Shown here: in pieces, positions 30,289-38,444 of the stretch | How the letters are laid out: the number at the start of each line of letters is the position of its first letter | Position numbering within the stretch: position 1 is the first letter of the stretch | Source of the DNA: a bacterium | GTDB lineage: Bacteria; Calditrichota; Calditrichia; RBG-13-44-9; J042 | Assembly (NCBI GenBank): GCA_015485355.1 | Contig: WFTQ01000065.1 | Location: 17,391-81,390, forward strand | Direction of reading: 5' to 3' | Length of the DNA stretch: 64,000 nt | Translations under genes and position numbers: made by a program | Notes under the pieces: model-generated | Told to the model about the DNA's origin: nothing | Databases searched by the model: none | The model's input: only the letters and a program-made list of their open reading frames with translations

Positions 30289-31183
30289 TCTGCTCCTCAC
30301 AATATCCATTCAGGCTTCTGCCCCTCTTTCGGGCGATTCTCTCCTGATAGCCGTCGGGGATCGGTTCTTTGACCGGCGTAACTATACTGCGGCCATCACC
30401 GAATACCAGCGACTGCTGTTTTTTAACCCGCACCCGCCTCTGGCTCCTTACGCGTTTTACAAGATGGGTCAATCGTATCTGCACCTGGGGCAATACCGAA
30501 GGGCGGTGCTTTTTCTGAGAAGGGCTCTGATGTTTCCGGCAAAGAAAAACACCAGATTGAAATTGCGCCTCCAATTGGCCCTGGCATTTTTGGAAGGCCA
30601 GCGATACGATTTGGCCGCACTGGAATTTTTTAAAATGGAATCGCGCACCCAGGATGAAACCCTGAAGTTAACTGCTCAATTGTTTCGGGGATTGATTTAT
30701 ATCCGTCAGCAAAATTGGAAAGAAGCACGAAAAGTTCTGCGGAAGCTGAACGATCATCCCCGCTGTCACTTTCAAGAAACCCTTCAGGCGATCGACCGTC
30801 TACTGACTCGGTTAATGGAAAAACCCCGACTAAAAAATCCCCGAACGGCTCGGCTGTTGTCCACACTCCTGCCCGGTGCGGGACAGATGTATACCGGTCA
30901 TTTTTTTCTGGGGGTGGACGCCCTGGTCTTGAACGGTGCCAATACTTATCTGGTATGGCAAACTATCGTCAACCGAAATTATCTGGACCTGGGATTAAGT
31001 GTCGCCCTCCTATGGTTGCGCTATTATGAAGGCGGTCGCATTCGGGCAGAAATGCTGGCCCACAAAGTCAATCGTGAATATCAGGAGCGGATGACGCGAA
31101 GGTTATATCGGTTCCTTCAGGAACTGGCGGACTGTCTTCCTGCGTTCAGTACCCGGCTTACCTGGGAGGATTTTATTCCATAG
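30257..31183 (+). CDS. TPR protein with C-terminal membrane segments (paralogue of upstream gene)
   Basis: Likely start MKKCFAG; NYTAAITEYQRLLF TPR, KNPRTARLLSTLLPGAGQMYTG. Confidence 0.8.
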   Translation: MKKCFAGLIYSLLLTISIQASAPLSGDSLLIAVGDRFFDRRNYTAAITEYQRLLFFNPHPPLAPYAFYKMGQSYLHLGQYRRAVLFLRRALMFPAKKNTRLKLRLQLALAFLEGQRYDLAALEFFKMESRTQDETLKLTAQLFRGLIYIRQQNWKEARKVLRKLNDHPRCHFQETLQAIDRLLTRLMEKPRLKNPRTARLLSTLLPGAGQMYTGHFFLGVDALVLNGANTYLVWQTIVNRNYLDLGLSVALLWLRYYEGGRIRAEMLAHKVNREYQERMTRRLYRFLQELADCLPAFSTRLTWEDFIP

Positions 31184-31304
31184 ACCATAACAGCAGGGCA
31201 TTGGTGGGGAGGCGCAAAGTCTCTTTTAAAGATTGAAAAACAGCCGATTGTTGAGATCATCTTTCTGGGATTCGGAGCAATGAGGGTTAAATAAGGAGAA
31301 GCCC

Positions 31305-33176
31305 ATGCGCACAAATGTTCTGGATGGCTCTGGGGAGGCGCCTTCCTCCTCCGCGCCGAGGTTGCCCGAGCGGCGGGAGATCGATTCCCGATACCAATGG
31401 CGACCGGAAGCCATTTATCCCTCTCTAAAGGCCTGGGAAGCGGACTATGAAAAGGTCCGGCGGATGATGACCGGGATGGACGCTTTTCTAGGGCGTTTGG
31501 GAGAGTCTGCCGAAACCCTTCTGGCCTGCCTGCGACAACGGGATCGGTTGAACGAGCGGATTGGCAGATTAATATTGTATGCGGGCATACGCAGCGATGA
31601 AGATAGCCGGGTGGCACAGTTTCAGGCGCTGCGGGATCGGGTCGCCGCTTTGGCTGCCGGTTTGCGGCGACATCTGGCCTTCATTCAGCCGGAAATTCTA
31701 TCCCTTCCGGAAGGGAAGTTATGGAACCTGGTTGATCGATTGCCCGAATTGGGTGTCTATCGCCATCATCTGGAGGATATCAAGCGACGGAAAGCCCACG
31801 TGCTTCCTCAACAACAAGAACAGCTGCTGGCCCTGGCCGAAGAGTTTGCCCAGGGACCTTACAATATTTTCAGCATGTTCAACTATGCCGATATCCGGTT
31901 CCCCAGGGTGAAGGATGAGAGCGGTCAGGAAATTGAACTCACTCAGGAGCGTTTCCAGAAATTGTTGGAGTCCGGAAACCGCCGGGTGCGCAAAAATGCC
32001 TTTCTGGCGTTTTATGGAACCTACGAGAAATGGCTGAACACCTTGGCCGCCACCCTTGCCGCAAATATTAAGAAAAATGTTTTTTACGCGAAAGCCCGTC
32101 GGTATGCCTCGTCCCTGGAAGTGGCCCTGGATGAAGAGAATATCCCCCCCGAAGTCTACCAGAATTTGGTGGATACGATGAACCAGAATTTAACGCCGTT
32201 GCATCGATACATCCGTTTCCGCGGCCTTCGGCTTCACCTTTCCACCGTCTATCCCTGGGATTTGTATGTACCTTTAGGAGAGCCCCCTCACTTCAATTTT
32301 TCTTATGAAGAAGCGGTGCAACTGATCACCGAAGCGTTACAACCATTGGGGGAATCCTACCAGAAAGAATTGCGCCGCGGATTTTCCGAAGGATGGATCG
32401 ATGTGTTCGAAAATCGGGGCAAGCGAGCAGGGGCCTACTCCTGGTCCACTTATGGTGTGCACCCGTTCATTCTGCTGAATTATGATGGAACCTTGCGGAG
32501 CGTTTTTACCCTTGCTCACGAAATGGGGCACGCATTGCATTCCTATTTCACCCAGCAAAAACAACCCTTTATCTACAGCCAGTACGACGTGTTCGTGGCC
32601 GAAGTGGCCTCCACCCTTAACGAAGCCCTGGTGATCGATTACCTGTTGAACATGACCCGGGAACCGGAGAAGAAATTGTATTTATTGAATCAATATGCGG
32701 ATCAGATCGTAAAAACGGTCTACATTCAAACACTGTTTGCCGAATTTGAAAAACTCATCCACGAAAGGGTTGAGGCCGGCGAGGCGCTTACCTCGGAATT
32801 TCTCTGCAACCTGAAGGAAAAACTCTATCGTCGATATTTTGGAAAAGCGTTTAGTTTAGGCAGGCTGTATTGTGTGAACTGGTGCCGGATCCCTCATTTT
32901 TATTACGGCTTTTATGTGTATAAATATGTGACCGGATACTCGGCCGCCGTCGCACTGTCGCAACGCATTCTTTCCGGGGATGTCGCAGCACGGAATGCTT
33001 ATCTGGATTTTCTTTCCCGCGGAGGTTCCGACTATCCCCTGAACCTGCTGAAAGATGCCGGTGTGGACCTGACTCGTCCGGAACCCCTTCAAGCCACCGC
33101 CCAGCTGCTGGATCGGCTGGTGGAAGCAATGGAAACCATGGGAGGAATCAAGGATACCTCGGCTCCAGGGCGTTGA
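31305..33176 (+). CDS. pepF: Oligoendopeptidase F (M3B)
   Basis: GKRAGAYS, TLAHEMGH zinc motif, FVAEVAS, RIPHFY, GGSDYP. Confidence 0.95.
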   Translation: MRTNVLDGSGEAPSSSAPRLPERREIDSRYQWRPEAIYPSLKAWEADYEKVRRMMTGMDAFLGRLGESAETLLACLRQRDRLNERIGRLILYAGIRSDEDSRVAQFQALRDRVAALAAGLRRHLAFIQPEILSLPEGKLWNLVDRLPELGVYRHHLEDIKRRKAHVLPQQQEQLLALAEEFAQGPYNIFSMFNYADIRFPRVKDESGQEIELTQERFQKLLESGNRRVRKNAFLAFYGTYEKWLNTLAATLAANIKKNVFYAKARRYASSLEVALDEENIPPEVYQNLVDTMNQNLTPLHRYIRFRGLRLHLSTVYPWDLYVPLGEPPHFNFSYEEAVQLITEALQPLGESYQKELRRGFSEGWIDVFENRGKRAGAYSWSTYGVHPFILLNYDGTLRSVFTLAHEMGHALHSYFTQQKQPFIYSQYDVFVAEVASTLNEALVIDYLLNMTREPEKKLYLLNQYADQIVKTVYIQTLFAEFEKLIHERVEAGEALTSEFLCNLKEKLYRRYFGKAFSLGRLYCVNWCRIPHFYYGFYVYKYVTGYSAAVALSQRILSGDVAARNAYLDFLSRGGSDYPLNLLKDAGVDLTRPEPLQATAQLLDRLVEAMETMGGIKDTSAPGR

Positions 33177-33227
33177 ACCTGGCATTATAAATATTCGGAC
33201 TATAATGTCCACAATTTGCTTTCGTTA

Positions 33228-33256
33228 TTGCTTCTTATCCGGAAAACGGTTAATAT
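33228..33256 (+). promoter_or_regulatory. Putative promoter of the copper-uptake locus
   Basis: TTGCTT-N17-TAATAT. Confidence 0.5.
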
Positions 33257-33297
33257 AAAGGCCACGAAGGAATCGATTCAATGAGGGCGGAAGGTTG

Positions 33298-33720
33298 ATG
33301 AGGCGGGTATTGGTTTGTGGCGTGGTCTTCTTTTTACTCGGTTTCGGTAGCGGGTTTCCGCTGTTTCTGGCACCGGGGGTCGGTTCGGCTGCTCCTCATG
33401 CTCATGGTACCTGCCGGTGCGGTTGTGCCGCAGATGAACATGCCGATTGTGATGGCGGATGTTGTGGTGCGGCGGCAGTAACCGGCCAGGTGGGTATTTG
33501 CTCGTTCACTTGCAGCTGTTATTCCCATCCGCCCCAGCTTATCCCCCTGACGCTGAAATGGATCTTACCCCGCACTATTCCATTGGTGAATATCCCCAGG
33601 GATGGGCGGTGGTTGGGAGACATTTTCATTCCCGGGCCTCTGGCGGTTCCCGACTCTCCCGATCACCCTCCGGAAAACCTCTCCAGCAGTTTTACCTCCT
33701 GGCATTTCGAAATCGTCTGA
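33298..33720 (+). CDS. Cys/His-rich exported leader ORF (DUF2946/CruR-like architecture)
   Basis: Hydrophobic N-terminus, HAHGTCRCGC, CDGGCC, CSFTCSC, Pro-rich tail with PDSPDHPP. Confidence 0.7.
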   Translation: MRRVLVCGVVFFLLGFGSGFPLFLAPGVGSAAPHAHGTCRCGCAADEHADCDGGCCGAAAVTGQVGICSFTCSCYSHPPQLIPLTLKWILPRTIPLVNIPRDGRWLGDIFIPGPLAVPDSPDHPPENLSSSFTSWHFEIV

Positions 33721-33970
33721 AAGAGCCGGTAAGGGATCCCGCTTCCCGATGATCCCGGCAACCGTGACCCGGTTCTCGACAGGGCGGGCAGGGATCGGCT
33801 CGGTCAATCCCTGTGGTTTGCTGCTCTTCCTGGTTCAAAGACGCTCCTCTTGGGAATGGAGCTATGCCGCTGCCCGGCGGGTCTCAACGCGGAAAGAAGC
33901 GCCCCGGCTCTTGGAAACAACAGTGAAAATCATTCGCTGCTTCTCCCGAAATTAGGAAAAGCAGCAAATA
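33721..33970 (+). promoter_or_regulatory. Structured cis-regulatory RNA between leader ORF and ytkA-like gene
   Basis: Helices 33721-29/33904-12, 33733-38/33751-56, 33789-95/33807-13, 33936-42/33959-65 and competing 33817-35/33950-68. Confidence 0.55.
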
Positions 33971-34000
33971 CTGGTGTCAAACGTTTCCGGAGGAATCAAT

Positions 34001-34798
34001 ATGAAAGCGTCTCTGCTTCTTTTCATTACCTTGGTGATTGGAATTTGGCTTTTCTCTTGTAACCGAAACAGCACCGGGGTTGATCCCGAACCTGATCCCA
34101 CCAAGGATTTGCATCGGATAGCCACCGGCGAACTGGAAAAGACCCTGGTAACGGTTTATTCGGATGCATCCTTACAAACGGGGTATTGCCGGATTTACGT
34201 GTTGTTAAAAGACCGGAACACAGGAAAAGTCTTACAAAAGGCCCGGATACAGATGACTCCCATAATGGATATGGGAGATATGAAACACAGTGCTCCCTGT
34301 GAAAATCCCCAGACCGGCTATGCGGAGAATGGATTGTTCCCGTGTGGGGCGGTTTTCATCATGTCGGGTACCTGGCAACTGGAGTTCCTCTTGCAGGAGC
34401 TGGAAAATGGTGATGCGGGTAAGGTGGTTGTTCCGGTGCAAGTGGCTCCCGCAAACCGCCTGAAGCAGGAGACCGGCAGCGACAGTGCCCACTATTTTCT
34501 GGCCCTGGTGGAACCTCGTTCCCCAAAGGTGGGAATCAACACTTTTGAAATCACCATTCATCAACAAGAATCCATGATGGCCTTTCCTGCCGTAACGGAT
34601 GTTGAAGTGACCATGGAACCGACCATGCCGTCCATGGGACACGGTTCACCCAATAATGAACACCCTATCCACAAGGGGAAAGGGCATTACCGGGGGAAAG
34701 TCAATTTTACCATGTCCGGGGCCTGGCAAATCGCTCTGCGGGTCTCTCGTAATGGACAATTGCTGCTGCAAACGATGTTTGATCTTCAGGTGCCCTGA
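34001..34798 (+). CDS. YtkA/FixH-family lipoprotein, two Met/His-rich Ig-like domains
   Basis: SD GGAGG, lipobox LFSC, PIMDMGDMKHSAP..FIMSGTW and PTMPSMGHGSP..VNFTMSGAW. Confidence 0.85.
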   Translation: MKASLLLFITLVIGIWLFSCNRNSTGVDPEPDPTKDLHRIATGELEKTLVTVYSDASLQTGYCRIYVLLKDRNTGKVLQKARIQMTPIMDMGDMKHSAPCENPQTGYAENGLFPCGAVFIMSGTWQLEFLLQELENGDAGKVVVPVQVAPANRLKQETGSDSAHYFLALVEPRSPKVGINTFEITIHQQESMMAFPAVTDVEVTMEPTMPSMGHGSPNNEHPIHKGKGHYRGKVNFTMSGAWQIALRVSRNGQLLLQTMFDLQVP

Positions 34799-34920
34799 CC
34801 CGATTGTTCGCTCCTTCAGTGGGGTGAGGTAAGGGACGGTTCCATGCCCTCGGGATTTCCCGATGGGCATGGAAATCAATGGATGGTTTCGATGGAGAAT
34901 CCAAACAAGGAGTTTGTCGG

Positions 34921-37215
34921 GTGAAGCGAATACCCATTTTCGAGAAAATTGCGATCCGCGTTTCTGGCAAGAACGGAGCGTTCTGCGGCCGGTTTACCCG
35001 GATAGGTCCGTGGATTTTTCTGATGGTAATGATCATCCAATCCATGGTTTCTGCTCAAGAAACGGAAGGTGTATTGGCGGGGCAGGTGCGGGATAAGGAA
35101 ACAGGAGCACCGGTGCCGTTTGCTAACATAAAGGTGCTGGGTACTCCGCTGGGAACCGCCGGGGATTCCAGTGGCAATTTCTGGATGCGGTTGCCTCCGG
35201 GCCGTTATCGGTTGGCGATCTCTTCTCTGGGTTATGCCCCGGGCTATGTCAATGCTCAAGTTCATGCCATGCGGAATACCTTGGTTGAGATTTTCTTAAC
35301 CCCGGTTGCCATTCAATATGCCGAAGAAGTGGTGGTTTATGGAGATTCCGAAGCCCGGCGGCCGGCGGTTCGATTGAACCGCACCGAAGCCCTTATGGAA
35401 CGGATGGAGGGTATGGCTCTGATCAAACGGGCTGACTTTGCTTGGGAGCCTTCCATCCGCGGGATGAGTGCCGCACAGATTGGTGTGGTGATTGACGGGA
35501 TGAAAATCTTCAGCGCATGTGTGGACCGAATGGACCCGGTGACGGCCTACGTAGAGGTGGAAAATCTGAAAGAGTTGGATATCCGCAAAGGAGGATTCGA
35601 CCTGACGCTGGGTGCGTCTGCCGGCGGTACCGTTAATCTGGTGACCTACAAGCCGGAGTTTGACCGCCCGCTTTTGTTACGGATGGAGGCGGGGGTGGAG
35701 TCTGCATCCGCTTTGCGAGTCGCCCGGGGAGAGGCGAATTGGTCGGATGGCACCCTGGCGGTTCGCGCCACCCTTTCGGTGAAACAGGCCGGTGATTTTT
35801 ATGCCGGCGGAGGCCGGCGCATCCGGAATTCCGGATATCGAAAATACAATTTTCATGTCGGTTTTTCCCGCAGGTGGGGGACGGACCGACAATTGGAATT
35901 CTCCCTGATCGGCGACGAAGCGCGCGATATCGGATATCCCGTCTTGCTCATGGATGCTCGGAAAACCTCTTCCCGCATCCTGCGTCTGGAGTATTTCTGG
36001 CGCCCCCACGGCCGGGATGGATTCACCCTGCGCAGTAAAATCTATTATAACCACATTCGCCACTGGATGGATGACTTTCAGCGTGATGTGCATCGCCGAA
36101 CCGTGATGCCGGGCATGTACATGCCCATGTTTGGCGAAACCCATACCGTGGGATGGGTGGAAGAAGTTCGGTTGCAAAAGGGAACTCACGTCCTGAAGCT
36201 GTTTCTGGATGGTTACCGAATGCGGGCGTTTGCCGATATGCAAATGATCAGCCTGGATGCCGAAAGTCCCCCGGCCTACCTGATGAACCTGGGCGATGTG
36301 GTGAATGTCCAAGGCGCTCTGGCCCTGGATCACACCGGGATGATCGCTTCCCGATGGTGGATCCGAAACAATGTGCGAGTGGATTTCTCCTCAAGGGATG
36401 TGACCCGTGAATTCGGCCGCAGGGCGCTGACCGGTTTCTGGGAGGGATCGGACACTTACCGGCGTTACTGGACTTTCAGTGCCAGTACTTCCCTGGAATA
36501 TCAATTCAGTGATCACCGGAGCCTGCGTTTCTCTGTGGCCAGTACCCAGCGCATGCCCTCCCATATGGAAAATTATGGTTTTTTCCTTTATAATATCCTG
36601 GATGGGTATTTCTACACCGGGAATCCGAGTGTATTACCGGAATGGAGTCGTCAGGCAGAGCTGGTATTCGAACAATTTTCCCGCCCCCTCCGTTTCCGCA
36701 TGGTGGGGTTTGTCAACGACGTGCGCAATTACATAAGTGGAATGGTGCAGTCGAAGGAATTTAAGGTATACACCAATCTGTCTTCTGTATACTGGCTGGG
36801 GGCCGAAATGCGGGGGGAGTGGGAGGTCCGGGAACATCTGGCTACCCGGTGGAGCATTGCCTACACCCGCGGTCATAATCGAGAGTTCAAAGAACCCTTG
36901 CCGTTGATTCCGCCGCTGGAAGCCATGGTCAGTGTCGATTGCCGGTGGGATAAATTCCGGCTGGCGCTGGAAGGGCGGTTTGCGGCTCCCCAAAACCGCA
37001 TTGCCACACGAACCACTCTGGAAGATAAAACCCCGGGATTTGTTCTACTGAATCTGCGGCTCCAGTTTCCTTTGGCACCCTGGTTGAAAATAAGATTAGG
37101 AATGGAAAATGTGCTGGATCGCTATTATCATGAACACTTGAGCATCAACAACTTACCCGGGAGAGGCCGCAATATGTACCTGATGTTTCGCATCCTTTTT
37201 CCCCCAGAGGGTTAG
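34921..37215 (+). CDS. TonB-dependent receptor, OprC-like putative copper transporter
   Basis: SD AAGGAG before GTG 34921; CarboxypepD-like N-domain, plug SIRG..IDG..SACVDRMDP, HWMDD, MPGMYMPM, ENVLDRYYHEHL..PGRGRN. Confidence 0.88.
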   Translation: MKRIPIFEKIAIRVSGKNGAFCGRFTRIGPWIFLMVMIIQSMVSAQETEGVLAGQVRDKETGAPVPFANIKVLGTPLGTAGDSSGNFWMRLPPGRYRLAISSLGYAPGYVNAQVHAMRNTLVEIFLTPVAIQYAEEVVVYGDSEARRPAVRLNRTEALMERMEGMALIKRADFAWEPSIRGMSAAQIGVVIDGMKIFSACVDRMDPVTAYVEVENLKELDIRKGGFDLTLGASAGGTVNLVTYKPEFDRPLLLRMEAGVESASALRVARGEANWSDGTLAVRATLSVKQAGDFYAGGGRRIRNSGYRKYNFHVGFSRRWGTDRQLEFSLIGDEARDIGYPVLLMDARKTSSRILRLEYFWRPHGRDGFTLRSKIYYNHIRHWMDDFQRDVHRRTVMPGMYMPMFGETHTVGWVEEVRLQKGTHVLKLFLDGYRMRAFADMQMISLDAESPPAYLMNLGDVVNVQGALALDHTGMIASRWWIRNNVRVDFSSRDVTREFGRRALTGFWEGSDTYRRYWTFSASTSLEYQFSDHRSLRFSVASTQRMPSHMENYGFFLYNILDGYFYTGNPSVLPEWSRQAELVFEQFSRPLRFRMVGFVNDVRNYISGMVQSKEFKVYTNLSSVYWLGAEMRGEWEVREHLATRWSIAYTRGHNREFKEPLPLIPPLEAMVSVDCRWDKFRLALEGRFAAPQNRIATRTTLEDKTPGFVLLNLRLQFPLAPWLKIRLGMENVLDRYYHEHLSINNLPGRGRNMYLMFRILFPPEG

Positions 37216-37551
37216 CGGGGGGCGGTTTGCCGCTTTCTTCGCTCCATCGGCGTGGCCGCATCCCTTGGAGCCGTGGGGAAGGCGACATTTCGGGAAGTAC
37301 TGAGGGAGGGTGGCGTCCTCCGGGTGTCGGTTTCCCGGCATCCCTTTCGAAAATTAAGGCGGGCAAAAGAACCCGTTGAATGGGGAGCGATCGCTGGTTA
37401 AATTTCCCTCAGGGTATTCAAAAGAGGGAAAGCGACAACCTGAGATCAAGGATAAGAAATGGGGGGGTGAAGGGAACCCGTATATGCGTGTATCAGAGTT
37501 TCGGTCGGGAAAGGGAAGAGCATTTCCAAGCGTAACCCTGGAGGTTAAGAT

Positions 37552-38190
37552 ATGGCTTCTAAAGATCCTAAACGGCGGGGAAATCGACGGAAACAAGTCC
37601 AGTTTTTCAATAGATTCACCCGGGATCGGGAACGGGTTCCCCCGGGGCAGTATGTTACTCGTAAATTTCCGGTGCTCACCCACGGAGAAACCCCGGATAT
37701 CCGACCGGAGGATTGGCATCTGGAGGTGTTTGGGGCCGTGGAACAGCCCCTTCGTTTGGATTGGAAAGCCCTGATGAAACTGCCTCGAAAGACGGTTCGG
37801 GTGGATATCCATTGTGTCACCCGATGGACTCTTTTAGGTACCGAATGGGAAGGCGTTCCTTTTCAGGTTATTGTGGACAAGGTGCACCCTCATCCTCAGG
37901 CCCGTTTTGTGATGCAATATGCTTATGGTGGGTACACAACCAATTTACCCCTGGAGGATTTGTTGAAAGAAGATGTGTTATTGGCCTTCCATTTGAATGG
38001 TTATCCCCTGCCCCGGCAACATGGGGGACCGGTACGAATGCTGGTGCCCCACTTGTATTTCTGGAAAAGCGCCAAATGGTTAAAGGGGCTGGAATTTATG
38101 ATCGAGAACCGACCGGGTTTCTGGGAACAGCATGGCTACCATATGCATGGGGACCCCTGGAAGGAGGAACGATTCTCCCAGGAGGATTGA
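37552..38190 (+). CDS. Sulfite oxidase-like molybdopterin-dependent oxidoreductase (YuiH-type)
   Basis: VPPGQ, DIHCVTRW, YTTNLPL, HGGPVR, YFWKSAKW, GFWE..GYH..GDPW..ERF. Confidence 0.92.
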   Translation: MASKDPKRRGNRRKQVQFFNRFTRDRERVPPGQYVTRKFPVLTHGETPDIRPEDWHLEVFGAVEQPLRLDWKALMKLPRKTVRVDIHCVTRWTLLGTEWEGVPFQVIVDKVHPHPQARFVMQYAYGGYTTNLPLEDLLKEDVLLAFHLNGYPLPRQHGGPVRMLVPHLYFWKSAKWLKGLEFMIENRPGFWEQHGYHMHGDPWKEERFSQED

Positions 38191-38444
38191 CCGCCCCGAA
38201 CAGGGTCTAGTAAAGGGTTCCGGGTGAAAACCCACCACGTCTCGGGCCCTGATTGGTCTTTGTCCTCATCCGGGGATGGACGTCTCCAATCGTTCCAATG
38301 CTGAACTCTGCGCATCGCTCATCCGGCAACCTGTTCCTTTCATTGAACCCGTCGGATGCCTCCCCGGCATTAGTTCACCCTCCCACGGGATGGTTCCAGC
38401 GATGTTCAGGATGGGGGGGCGAAAACGATTTCCCCGATCATCTG

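Noticed and set aside
37552-37650. Twin-arginine signal on the molybdoenzyme
   Set aside because: RR pairs are present but no hydrophobic h-region follows
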